Assembly (NCBI RefSeq): GCF_009834535.1
Contig: NC_045696.1
Coordinates: 25,608,001 to 25,672,000, forward strand
DNA from: Camelus ferus
Lineage: Eukaryota
DNA: 64,000 nt
Direction: 5' to 3'
Shown piece after piece: positions 12,521-25,550 of the stretch. The notes beneath the pieces were generated by a model that had not been told where the DNA came from, made no database searches, and saw only the letters and a program-made list of their open reading frames with translations. A program made the translations under genes and the position numbers. Every line of letters begins with the position of its first letter. Position 1 is the first letter of the stretch.

Positions 12521-15500
12521 ATAAGTGATCTAAACAAATATTTCATAAAAATTGAGTTAGGTCTTATGTATTTTACAAGGAAAATGAGAAACAGAAAGAT
12601 TGTGGTATCCTGAGGCATATTTAAGAATCTTAAACAAGAAAACATGATTACTAAGGACAGTGAAATTAAGGTAAAATGATATTTCTATAATTGAATTAGT
12701 TTAAAAATAACCTAAGACACATATTGAGAAATTGGAACCAACCCATACTTGATCAAAAAACATTTCAGTTTAATATTACAAATAACTCCTTGCTGATTTT
12801 GTTAATAGATGGCAAGCTGTTTAAAATTCCAGTCACTTCAGTATGACATGATTCTGTTTAATATAGGTTTGGATGATAAAATCATTTTTAAAGTTACCAA
12901 GAAAACTGAAAAACACACATGCATATGTCATCTGGTGTCTATCAAACATTAGGTTACAATTATTTCTCTAAATTCATTACTTTGTGGTTCTCCAGTTGAT
13001 TACAAATGTTTCATTTATGTACATATTCTGTAATTTCATGTGACTGAGATTTCTGAGACATACTTTTGAAATAGATTTTAAGTCCTTATACATTTGTTTG
13101 GACTTGAAATAAGCAAGGGAAAAAAAGACTAAATGTGGGCTGAGGTCTCTAGAGGGTTGTAAGAGCCTCTTCTCTAAAATACCCCAGGATTTTTCTATTT
13201 CCTTAGGTACATCCATCAAACAGTGAAATTATATAGCACTCTAAATAAAGAATTAGGCAATACAAAAATCAAATTTAGCCTGCATTTGCAATTTTTTAAT
13301 TAAATATTTTTCTCATTAAAATTCCACTCATTTCAAGAATTTATAATTTAAAAGTCTGAGAAAATCAGAATTCCTTTTCAAGAGACTGATTAGAACTTAT
13401 ATGCTTACTTGAAGTGATTGAGTAGAAATGTATTTTAGGATGTCACTAGATCTGGCTCCAGAAAGAGAAGAGTTATAATTAAGAGAAGAAATAATGAGTC
13501 TGTTGATTGTAAACAAACAAACATTTTACTGTGGAGTTTCACACTGTGAAAGTACTCGGCCCATTTTCTGCCTTCCTTCTCCCTTATTCTTTTGTTTCTC
13601 TGCCACTCCTGGTTTGAAGTTACATGACCTTGTCAGAGATTTAAGAAAGGCTATTGGATGAAGAGAGTCTAAAGGCTTTTGACAAGAAAACATCTTGAGT
13701 GTTCAAAGTTGTGAGTAACCTATTGTGGTCTGATTCAGTTAGATGCATAGAGTACATTAATTATACTCAGAGCCCACAGGGGAAAAGGGGGTTGTTGAAA
13801 GGAGGAAGAAAGCAATAAAAACCATTTGTAAATTGGTAAGTATTCGTGGGAGAAAAAAAAAAAGTTGTCTTTTACTTAGTTCCTTATTTTCTTTGGATTC
13901 TGCTTTAGTTCCATATTAATTTTACATTACAGCAAGGGTTTACATAAACAATATATAAAGATTCTGTCATGAAGCAAAGAACAGAAGAACTTCATTCTAG
14001 TTCTGGGAATATCCTTGACTAGCTGTACATATTCCATTATACTACTATTCAAGAGTAAATAAAATAATCATGTTTCCTTAAAACTGTGCCCTCACAGCTG
14101 CCAAAACTGATGGCATCAATTTAAAGTTTTTCGTAGTTTTAAAATTCTGTCACTTTTAATCAGTTGTCATACATATTTATCTTTCTCTACTCTGCCATGT
14201 TTTCAGGTAGAGAAAATTACTTGTATATGTCTTATTTATTTTAATTACCACTTGATTAAAAGAGAATTAAGAACCTCAGGCCAAATTTTGTTACAGTATT
14301 TTAAGTAAATTATAACATTTGCACTACAAATGCAGACTCCCCACCCGCACATGGAAAGGAAAAAAGTTCCCACACTCCTAAATGAAAAGCCTCCACACAG
14401 GATATTTTTCCAATTAAATTTGTATGGAACAATCAAAAAAGTAAATTGGTAAAACCATAACTAATTCTTGAAATCATAGACCACCCAGCCACAAAACTAT
14501 TCATGAGTTTTTGTTTTTGTTTTTGCCAGTAATTTTAGCTTAATGAGTACCAAAAACTATCTGTGACAAAGGAAGACATGCCCCAAAGAGGTTCTGAAGC
14601 ACAGTGGGTACCCAAGAAAAAGGAAATGTTAGGGTATGGCCTGTTCTTTCATTTTGACATTGTGTTTCAAATTATCATAAGTTCAAATTTTAATGTATAA
14701 ATATTTTCAGTAAAGCACAAAAGTTTAGAATTATTAGAAAGTTTCTCTTTGATAAAATAGGAGAAATAGTCAAAAATTTGCAAAGATAGTGAATCAAATT
14801 TCCGATTTTCAAAAGTACAGACATATCATTGACTTCTGATTACTTAATTATATTTTCCTTTTGTAGTTTTATTTGATGGATTTTATCTTTTCCCTGTTCT
14901 TTTAAAATTGTTTTTAATTAGTATTTTAGGATTCATTTGGCAACATAATTTGGATAAATAAAACTAGTCCTTTTTTATTAAAAAAAAACTCAAGTTTTTT
15001 CTAAGAAAAAAGGTTCATACTAAGTTTGAACTTGTAACTGGAGCTTGAATATTTCTTTTACAATAAATCCTTGGGCAAGGTAAATGAATACTAATGTAAA
15101 TGATAATAAATAATGAAGGAAGTATTTTATTTAAATGGCTTAGACAGGGTTTGTAACTTAACATTTATCTTTCTTGGTTTGCAAGTTTTAACAGGGAATA
15201 CCCATCTTTTTGTGGGCTTGCTTAACTTTGAACACAAAGCAGACAAATAGCCTTGAAACTGTAAGCAAAAGGTTAATAAAAAACTAGAGCTATAATGAGC
15301 CTTCCCCACCCCTGCCCCCAGAAAAAGTCTGGGTTTTTCATTTCCTTATCTCTAGAAGCATGTGATAGTGATCCAGTTGTGGGGAAAAGAGCATCTCTTT
15401 GATCTTCAGGTTAAGTGAGAAGATAGAGTCATATCCTATTTGACGCAAAGGTTTCCTACGCGTTTCCTAGTTGAATCAGTCAGCCTACAGGGAACCAGGG

Positions 15501-16834
15501 AATTAACAAAGCAATTATGTGCTTACAGTGACTTTAAAGCCCGCTAATACTACAGTATACTTTTCCAATAAAATAATCTTTGATTGTATTTGGAGCTTTA
15601 GAAAGCCCAAGATTTGGTGTTAGTCTGAAAATTTCTGGTCTATTCTACCTATGAAGAAAAGTAAGCCTGCTTGCCAGATAAACTTTATCAGATAATATTT
15701 TACTTAAAATCAATCCATGAAAAAGTAAAATACAACGGTATCTAAAGCTCCCAAGACTGATGGTCCTAATAGTTCACTGGCTATAAATCCTGCTCTGAGG
15801 GTCTCACACAAGTCATGTGTCCTCTCTTGCAAAAAAGCAAGTATACTAAAAATGTGCTTACTTTTTCATATCTTCATAAATTCCATAAAGCCCTGCATGA
15901 GGAAACTTGCAGAACACCATTTGTTCTAGAAATCATATTGATATTTAAATACTAACTGTTTGAGAAAGAATTCCCCATATCAAAAAGTATTTTGCAGTAA
16001 GCACTGTAATATAAAAGCTACAGCTTTGTCATACCAACAAGGTTATTTTCAGGAATCAGATAAACTCCACCAAGTGATTGTCTGGCAGAACAGTAAAATT
16101 AACAAGTAAATGAAAATCCATAACTTGAAGTAGTAAATTTTCCATTTATTTTGAACTCAGTTTTGTGCTTTCCCCTGGGTGGCCATAAGAATCCATGATT
16201 TAGCGTAATAATCCTGTTCTCAAAGTTTAAATCACATGGTTTAGCCTAAAAGCAATCCAGCTCTTGAGTTTAATCTAAAAAACTTTTTCAAATTTGATTC
16301 AATTTCCAGTTCTTTGTAAATATAACCAAAGAGTAACTGAAATATAAGAAGTGTGTTAAACTCATAATTACTCATAAATTTTAGATAAATATTGTACTTC
16401 TTAAAAGATAAGCATCTTTGAGAAGGGTATATAATTTAAATGTGATTACACGAATACGGACAGAAGTCTTTAACTTTGTAATTCAAAATGTTAGCAGTGG
16501 TTATTGCTGGTATAGGATAGGTGCCTCTGCTCTATGTTCTGTGATTCCTTTTATTTTCCCTTTTCTAGTACTAATCACATTTTAATACAAAACCCCTTTG
16601 TGTTTTGCCCATTATACTGTTAGTTCCGTGACAGTAGGGCCAATGTCTGTGTTGCTCCCACTGTACTTAAAGCTTCCTGTTATACTCTATAAATGTGTAA
16701 AATTGATGCATGTTAGTTTTAATTCTTTTCTTTTTTATATTCCTTTTGACTTCTAAAATTTTAATTTGACATTATTTCTTATACACATTCATAATATAGT
16801 TTAAATTTTTCAATACACATTTACCTTGGCATCA

Positions 16835-17060
16835 TAACACAAAGATTAAAACTACAGGCTCTGAAGCCAGACTCACTGGGGTCAAAGCTCTACTAGGCAT
16901 GTAGTATTGGGCAAATATTTTAACTTCTCTGTGTCCTTATTTCCTCATATGCCAAGTGGACATAACCTCAGGTGAGGAGTAAATGAGCTAATTCATAAGA
17001 GAGCTTAGAAAATTATCTCATACACAGTTTCCATTCAATAAAGACGTATTATTATGATGA
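16835..17060 (+). mobile_element. MIR SINE
   Basis: 'acaggctctgaagccagact...ttgggcaaatattttaacttctctgtgtccttatttcctcat...gtgaggagtaaatgagcta'. Confidence 0.85.
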
Positions 17061-17558
17061 TTTGGCTACCCCAGCATCAGTAAAGAATTAGTATAAACAT
17101 TCCCTAGACCTTAAAAAGTGATAGTCATGCATCAAAAAGATTGAAAATTTACCAAAACAGATTAAAAAAAATTCCAAAAACAAATGGACTAAGGAAAATA
17201 GCCCTAAAGTTCTCAAAAACCTTGGAAGGTATCATCATTTAACATAATAAAGCAATAATATATATTCATAATAAGACCAAGTCATTAAAAACGTATTGAA
17301 CTTTATTCCTTGTGATCACCTTTAAAAAGGCAGCAAATTGTAACAAGATGAATTTTGGCAACATTAGTAGTAGTTTTTTCCAAATTAGTAATGAAAAAAG
17401 TCTTAGTTTTCTGAAAAATGAAATGCCAAAAATCAATGCCAGCTAGCTGACAGGTCTTTGTAGTCCTATCACCAATATTAAGTTCAAAGGAGAGTCATGT
17501 GTTCTTTAAAATGGAACATTCTAAAGTTTCCTTAAACATTATAGTTTTAAAAGGGATA

Positions 17559-17812
17559 TTTTTCTTTTTTTTAATATTTTTATTGAGTTATAGTCAGTTT
17601 ACAATGTTGTGTTAATTTCCAGAGTAGAGCACAATTTTTCAGTTATACATGAACATACATATATTCATGGTCACATTTTTTTCACTGTGAGCTACCACAA
17701 TATCTTATATATATTTCCCTGTGCTATACAGTGTAATCTTGTTTATCTATTCTTCATATACCTGTCAGTATCTACAAATTTTGAACTCCCAATCTATCCC
17801 TTCCCAACCCCC
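17559..17812 (-). mobile_element. Young, severely 5'-truncated L1 (3' UTR only) with TSD
   Basis: T-rich tail, then a 3' UTR highly similar to 50060-50290. TSD aaaagggata at 17549-17558 and 17814-17823. Confidence 0.9.
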
Positions 17813-18518
17813 AAAAAGGGATAATATTTTAAATTATGGGCTTATATATTGGGTTTATGCCACCTTCCATAAAGATATTTATTTAATCTCTACTAAATAC
17901 ATAAAATGTTAAAATGTTAAGATTATAGTTCTTTTTCTCCTTAGTAAGCATTTAAATACTTCGTGAAGAAGGTTATAGGAGAACTATATCAATGGCTCTG
18001 AAAAATCAAATCACCCTACTAGAAAGTATTAATCATTTGGAGGGAACATATTGCATAACACTTCATGGTGTATCCACATTTTCACATTCATTATGTTGGC
18101 TTAGCAAGCAAGAGTCTGCCACAACCCCCATTAAGGAAAATGTAGGACATGCTTCAGGAAATGGCAAAAAGTTCAGTGTGACAGAATTATTAGGGGAGAA
18201 TTAATTATAAATGCACCATGGTTGAGACGGTTCTTAGATAAAATTTTGATAAGTCACACAAGCCATTCAAAAGATATCAGACCTAAATCAGGAAATGGTA
18301 AGGAATTAAGAGACTATTTAAGTAAGGAGGCATGCTGTCATATTTGGTGTTTAGGGAGGTTCTGACTATTTCATCTGCAGGAAAACCAAGTTAAATACTG
18401 AAAATATTTAATAATTAACATTAAAAGTTGAAGCATCTATTAGTAGTCTTAGAGGGGGAAAATGACAGGAAAGACATGGGAAGGAAAATGACAGGGAAGA
18501 GTCTCTGTTACAGACTAG

Positions 18519-18520
<2 letters not shown>

Positions 18521-18549
<29 letters not shown>
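18521..18549. repeat. (GT)14 microsatellite
   Basis: Perfect GT dinucleotide run. Confidence 0.97.
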
Positions 18550-18551
<2 letters not shown>

Positions 18552-19159
18552 TGTGCACACATGCGTGTAAAGTAAGCCAAGAATAGGCCAATCCTAGTCC
18601 TTTCAAGTTATTTATCAAATAAAATAATTTGGAAATAAACCCGTCATTATTTTCCTGTGAGTGAGCTATTTTATACCTTGTAATCATCTTCTTTCCCCTT
18701 CTTTCTTTAACAACTCCACATGCTTTTTACACAATTTGGACTTGTAACTAGTTTGTCTGTCTCTCTGATGTCTCTTTCTGTCTCTAACTCTCTCTTTTTT
18801 CCCCCTCCCCTTTTAAAAAAGATGATTAAGAAGTGAATCAATCTATTGAGTGTATCTTTTCGTCTGTTATACACATATATGATCTCATAAGCATAAAAAA
18901 TAATAACATGATTTTCCTTGGTTTTAAGTTAATAAGATATTCCAGTGATGTATCTTTTTAAAATCAAATAATTGTAAAATAATACATAATTTTAATGTAT
19001 GTATTTTCATGTTTGTACTTATTCCTAAAGGATAATTAAAATTAGTTGTAATTATTATTCCCCTACTAGCTTTATACAGCTTTGAATTGCTAGTCTCTGG
19101 AATCTTATTGACAAATTCAATTATGTCATAAATATATACAATAAAATGTTCATTAATGC

Positions 19160-19330
19160 ATTTATTCATTCATTTTTAGATTAACTTAATAAACATATTT
19201 TGATCACTTACTCTGCAATTGGCATTATGCTAGTCAAGTTAATCATGATGCCTGCTTTCATGGAGCTTAAAATTTATGGGGGAAAACACACAGTTTAACA
19301 AACAATTGCAATACAATGCACTAGGCACCA
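19160..19330 (-). mobile_element. L2 3' end
   Basis: 'ttattcattcatt...aaacatattttgatcacttactctg...cctgctttcatggagctta'. Confidence 0.7.
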
Positions 19331-20044
19331 CATAATTAAAATATAGTTCAGATTCCTCCAGCCTGCCTTTACACACAAACCTCCCTTCCTCATGTCTCCA
19401 TAAAAAGAAAATGTAAGAAACACAATTCAACAGGCAGGAGTCTTTATGAATAATGTAAATCCTTATTGTAACATTCATTAAAGCAACAGAGAAGAGGGCT
19501 TATGTAGGTATCAGAAAGCTTCTCAGTAGTTCTGTCTAAGTATCTCTCATTTTCTTCACATTTTCTCACTTAACAACAGGTATAAAATTTCTCTCCTCAT
19601 CTTGATATAGTCAGCCTTCTCCTCTCTCTGTGTTCAGTCCTCTATCAGTCACATTCTTCTTCCAATTTCTGTATTTTCTTTATCCATGTATCATGTCTCC
19701 CAATAGCTAACATAACCTTCATTTGGAAACGTAGTTCATCTTCCATTTTACTGCCTATCCCTTGTGAATCAACCTGGTTAATGACATCTCTGACCACTAT
19801 GGTAGATGACATATGAAGTACCTTAAGAATATATTGAATGTTACTTTACATCTACCTGAAAATTGAAGGATACCAAAAAGATAAGTAGGAGTTATCTAGA
19901 ATATTTTCTAGGCAGAAGAAGCATCCTGTAAGAATCATAGGGAAGAGAAAAGAGACTATGACTCCCTAAGACATAGAGTGGGTAAGCAGATGCCCAATCA
20001 TGGAGTGCACACTGAGCAATATTAAAGAGTTTGTATATATCTGC

Positions 20045-20200
20045 ATATTTATATTTATTCATGTTACTATTTAATCAATGTCTCTCTTCCCCTCTAGATG
20101 GAAAGAACTCTTTATAGTTTATTCACTATTGTACCCCTAGTACCCAATTTGTACAAGGAACCCAGAATTGCTCAATAAATAATAGTTTGGTAAATGATGA
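20045..20200 (+). mobile_element. L2 3' end
   Basis: 'tgtctctcttcccctctagatgg...ttattcactattgtacccctagtaccca...gctcaataaataat'. Confidence 0.65.
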
Positions 20201-20595
20201 GTTAATAGTGAATTTAAGCTCTAGATATAGTTGTGAAGACAGCAGATTCATCCAGAGTTGAGACTTCCCAGGTAGATGTGAAAGTGGGACAAAGAAGTTT
20301 AGTGCATTGTGAGAAAACAGATAAAATAATTGATAAGATAATTTATATTAGAATGGAATCAAGACTAGGTGGAGGCTGAATGGAAAAAAATAAACTGGCA
20401 AAGCAATTGAAGACATTAATGAGTTTCAAGAAAAGAAGTGGTGGGAAAAGAGGGGAAATAGAGCTAGAGAGAAAAGAGGCTTTGATGAAAGGATGATGGA
20501 TATAAAAATAATGACTCACATGTGAAGCTGCTCTGAAGGATGTTGATAAACCCAGGGCATGGACAGTAACGTGAAGTGAATGTCTTTGAAGATCA

Positions 20596-21163
20596 TGTTA
20601 CCAGGAGGGGGGAAAAGACCTTGGTTCTTTGCCTTACCCAAGAAAAAAGAATTTAAACAGGAGACTAAAAGCGTGATATAAACAGAAAATTTTATTAGTA
20701 GAGCAAAAGTTTGTAAAGTATAGTACACCTCCGAAATTGAAGGTGGGCCAACTCAAGAAAGGAAAATGGTGCAGCCCGTTTGTTTCTCCTGTTTATATCC
20801 TGGTTTAGGGGCACTATCCTGATTGACTGACAGCTCACATCCCTTGAGTGCTCAGGCATGCCCATCTCTTTTGCACATGCTCTTACCCATGATGCACACA
20901 GAGAAACACCCCAAGAGGGGGCTCAAACCGCAGTGCTAATTACATTATAATGAGCATTGGGTTATGTTAAGCTGGGTCCTTCTCTCTACTGCATAGCCAC
21001 AGCATTTGATTCCAGCTGGCTTCTTTGCTGGCCCTCTGTTAGAGAAAGTTAAAGTTTTTGGAGCCCCTTATCCTGAGCACAGGCACTCTGTTATTTTTCT
21101 GGGTTGCTCTTTCCCCTTCCTCTCCCCTTTTCCCGGTATGCATTTGTATCTAACTGCCTAACA
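20596..21163 (-). mobile_element. Solo LTR (ERV1-like), 568 bp
   Basis: Perfect terminal inverted tgtta...taaca; 4-bp flanks atca/atga (3/4). On the minus strand TATA (20791-20800) precedes AATAAA (20691-20696), the order expected in an LTR. GC content is higher than in the flanks. Confidence 0.8.
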
Positions 21164-21164
21164 A

Positions 21165-21600
21165 TGAGATCAATGAACACAGAGAATAGAGTGACTTCAG
21201 ATTGATAGCAGGATCTGAGTGGAAGAGGTTTTAAATGATGCACCAAAGAGATGCTTACAAGGAAATGATGAGACAACTAGAGGGAAACATAGCAGGATGC
21301 TAGTGTGGAATAAAAAAGAAGCTGGCCAACTTCCACCCCTGAAGTGTATGGATTGTAGTGATAAACAGCCACAGTAGAGAAGTCTGTAGAAGAAGTAATA
21401 TTTTCAGGGAGGAGAAAAGTTACATTTAAGTCAAGACGATGATGGATAAGTTCAGAGAAGTAGCTGAGCTTGTAGGAGAGTTTAAGCCTTGTCCTAGGAG
21501 ATACAGTTAAAAATTTGGAAAAGAAGGAAAGAGTAGCAATCAGGAGAAAGAAGAATAGAGATGGAAAATAGGAGAACAAGAGAGACCAGGTGAGTTTGAC
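21165..21600 (-). mobile_element. Old L2-like sequence flanking the solo LTR (continues from about 20300-20595)
   Basis: Purine-rich degenerate L2-antisense-like sequence on both sides of the LTR. Confidence 0.4.
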
Positions 21601-23647
21601 ATTGACCAAAAATAACAGGGCAGAGAAACATGGAGTTAGCTGGCCACTCTTATTGAATGATCAGGGAGAAGGAGCAGCAGGTGCTTTCAGTCTCCTAGAA
21701 CTTTGCCTAGCCCTGCCATGGCCACTTCTAAAAAAATTTGTGGGATTAGTACTGGTCTTTCTGGAAGGATTCAAATTTGGGTGGATTGTATGAACTCTAA
21801 TTCTGAAACCTTAATACAAAACTTCTCCATTGCTGGTCACTGGACTTGTATATGTATGTTGAGCCTGCTGACAGAGGCACTGACTGTCAAAGGCATAGAC
21901 TTGACCCAAGGACAGGACATAAGCAAACTCAGCTTCTAAAGAACCAGGTTTTCTGCTCACCAGTGAGTACTTGCCAGTTCTTGCAGGTGGGGCTGCAGTT
22001 GGACATAGTGTACTTTACAACATTTACAGACCTTCTGAGCAGATCGATTTTCTTATTCTCAGTTATAAATGCATCTTTCAGGTAGACTGGGCGTCTGCAT
22101 GAGCTTGACAAAGATCTCCTCTTCCTGTAGTCAAACTATTTAAGAATCCATGTTTTCAAAAGGTAGTATGTCGGGTCAGTGCTTCCCAAACTTTGAGGAA
22201 AAACAAGTGGAATTTTCTGGAATCTATTATTTGAGTCACTTGGGGGATATTTTCATATGCATTCTCCCTGATAGAAGATTATGAAGGATTCTCAACTTGC
22301 CTACAATTTCTGTATGCTAAGGCAATTTGTCTGGATATAAAATTTTCTGAAATATTTATCTGAAGAGGAAGGCTTACTGCCTGGATAACAACACACAGTA
22401 GCTTTTCCTAATGCCTCTCTTACATAGATCATGCATTGCTGTCTTTACTATGCTTACTCACCACTGAATATTACCATGATGAATTAAATGGGCGTTTTTC
22501 TTTATACTAAATCAGTGCCAGAGATCAAAAAGCTGCTAAAAGTCCTTTCCACAAGAATGCCTCCCAGAAAAGGATGAGTTATAGTTATTCTCGCCAAGAG
22601 ATGCCTTCTGTTGTACTCTATCACTTCCTAGGATCCAGTACCTTGAAACTGTGCCAAGCTAATTGGCTAGTTCAGTGACTGTTATATTAAGAGCCCAAAT
22701 AAGCCAAAAGAGGTCATCCTCTTCCTTCTCAAGTGCAGCTTTATTACTTCTCTCACTGATCAAAATGTGGCACAAAGTCTCCAAACAACTAAATCCAATA
22801 TATTATCTTCTTGTAGACACTTCACAGTGTTTTGTAATTTTTGCCGTTTGTTTGACTCAGAAACATCCTAAGTATTTGTACCCCATCAAGAAAAAGACAT
22901 TTATTAGCTTTTCATTTTAAAACTTGCTTTTATCTACTTAGTAAACATAAGTGAGCTTCTAATCTATCTAAGTCACACAATGCTAAGGGAAGTAGACCTT
23001 TTATGAAGCAGAGCAATGTACAATTTCCTCCTTTCTTATTAAGAACATTGCCAAGGTTGGCCTTTTACAATTAGTATGAGATTTCTTTGATTTTTATTTT
23101 GTTTTGTTAATAATAATTTTTTTTAAATGTGTGCAAGTCAAATACATATCAAGACCCTAAGCCCTGAAATTTTGTTCTGGCACAAGTTATAAACCTGCAA
23201 ACCTCTGCCATGATGAATTGTTCATCTCTTTGGAGACCTCAGTTTTCTGGCATCAGTGGGGAAACAGTGTATAGAGGAGGTAAATGAGACTCAGAGACCC
23301 AGGGCTGTTTTCCAGTGCTTGTCTGGCATCTCTATCAGCTAAATAGATTTAAATTTTTTGTTTGCTTGCTTTGTTTTTTTAATGGGACATTTTCAAACTT
23401 AATTGTATTTAGTTTTAAAATTCTCAGACTCATTTTGTTTTAATTGGAAAAGATATTGTGAACTTCCTCTTGAAAATGGCTGTACTGTGGGCATCTGCTG
23501 ATAAAGAAGATGCATACTGAGAAAAGGCTACTATAAATATAATGGTACTTTTGCCTTAGAGTTCATGTTTTCCATGATTCATTCGTATTGTTAGTACGAG
23601 TCTATATGCTGCTGTATTTTACAGTTGCTAAGTGTCCTGTAAGTATA

Positions 23648-23897
23648 CTAATGGCAGACACTTGTGGAGTGTATACTGTGTAACAAGTACTGTTCCAAAA
23701 CCTTTTGATGTTTTAACTCATTTAGTTCTCAGCAATTCTGAGGGAGTTACTATTCATTCCCTCATTTTCTATGCCAGGGAAATGAGGCTCAGAGAAATTT
23801 ATGTGACTTGGGCAAGTCACATGGCTAGGAAGTGGGATTTGAACTCAGGTAGTCTGGCTTCAGTACATGGGCCTAATCACTGTGCTACACAGCCTCT
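23648..23897 (-). mobile_element. MIR SINE, near full length
   Basis: 'gggaaatgaggctcagagaaatttatgtgacttgggcaagtcacatggctaggaagtgggatttgaactcaggtagtctggcttc'. Confidence 0.9.
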
Positions 23898-24730
23898 GTA
23901 TGTGACATATAGATATCCAGACAGCAGTGAACGTTTGATATGCTGACTTTTTTCAGTAACTTCATGCTTTTACATACAACTCCCTACTGCCTAGGTGGAC
24001 TACAGCCCAGAATTTGTGAACCATAGTTATGTAACTCACTAATGTCTTATCTGATTGCTTTCTGATTAAATTCAATGTCTTGATTCTCTTCTATGACCCA
24101 GATATTAATGACTTGGGTAGAGAAATAGTAACCAGTCTAGCTTTCCCAAAATTGTAGTGGAGACATTTTTTCCCTAGACATCTGTGTTATATAGATTTTT
24201 AACTAGTAATCAATGAAGAGGTAATATTTATTCCTGCATCTCCCTTTGTTCATCCTAGTTACTTCTGGACATTTTCTGTCAAATTAAACACAATTTTAAG
24301 TGGATCTCTGTTTTTCATGAGCCTTCAAAAATAATTAACACCTGCCCTTAACTGGGTCAGTGCACCTAGACACCTTCTTGGAGGTCTTAGATAAAGTGAG
24401 GCTTTATATTCTGTTTGTCTTGGTTGAACTTGTTACCTTGCCCTGTATCTCTACTATGATATGAAGTGACAGAATAAAATGACTTCTTGTTTGTGTATCT
24501 CAGAGGTCAACATGCCTTTTGGAATTTACACCTATTGATATGATAACAGCTAATTCAAGAGCATTGCCTGTCAATTTCCACTTTAGGCCACATTTTCAAT
24601 TGTCACAAGGAAGAAAGAACCATTCTTAACTGCCTTTCTTTGGTGTTATGTTCCTCCACAGGGCTGGTACACATTTTATATTTAGATGCATTAGGTATCT
24701 TGTTCTGCATTTTCTTTACTCTGATGAAGC

Positions 24731-24816
24731 AAATGTAGCTGGAAAAAGTAGATTGGTAATACTGATAGTAAAGTAAATGTAGCTGGGAAAAGTAGATTGG
24801 TAATACTGATAGTAAA
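24731..24816. repeat. Two-copy tandem duplication, 44-bp period
   Basis: aaatgtagctgg(a/g)aaaagtagattggtaatactgatagtaaa at 24731 and 24775; 41/42 identical. Confidence 0.95.
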
Positions 24817-25368
24817 AATCAAATTACCAATTATATGTGAAGTTTTGCTGATTTGTATGAGAGGAGTGCTAGACTGGGATAATGGGATAAAGTATCTGGC
24901 AATGGTATGCTAATTCCAAGAATATAAATGAAATTATATTATTAAAACTTCTTCTGTAACCATTTTTATGTAGATGCTCAGCTATGGCTAGACCGTTGTG
25001 GAATGTATAAAGGGCCACATGTTCACTGATAGAATTAATACACTGTAAATCCACACTTACCATCTGAATGTTATGGCAGGTTGTATTCATGGCATAGTCT
25101 TAATCAGACCTATCACATATATTCAAATGCATAAGACTGCAGTAGAGGAATAGTAAAGTGTTTGGCATCTTGGCACTGAGTCAGTTCTATGAACATGACA
25201 GTGAGAATGGAGCAGGACGTCCTGAGACATTACTGAGCTATGCGCTAACAATGAAAATCAACATTGATCATTGACACAGTGACTTACTGACAAGTTCCCT
25301 GGCAACGTGTTAATAACTTACTGTGGCACTGTTCAGATAGATGATAAAAAGCAGAGTGTGGGTAGTGA

Positions 25369-25550
25369 CAGTCGTATGTTGGTAGCTGTATAATAACTGG
25401 CTCTCTGGAAGTGGAGGATGCCCCAGTTTGTGGCTTTTGCCAACTTCCTAGTCCAGTTTCAAGCTACCAACCTGAAGCCACGAGGTAGAGCTGGAAAAAG
25501 ACATGTACGTTCTCAGAAGTCAAGCCACTGTGATGAGCTGGCTCCAGCAG
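25369..25550 (-). mobile_element. MER63A-like hAT-Blackjack MITE
   Basis: 'cagtcgtatgttggtag...aactggctctct...tttgccaacttcc...tttcaagctaccaac...gagctggctccagca'. Confidence 0.75.

Noticed and set aside
21590..22111. Cluster of 60-80 aa ORFs in a GC-elevated patch
   Set aside because: No recognisable protein and no coherent splice sites. Probably a decayed repeat I cannot name.
24731..24816. CRISPR-like repeat
   Set aside because: Only two abutting copies, no spacer, no cas genes, and a mammalian context.
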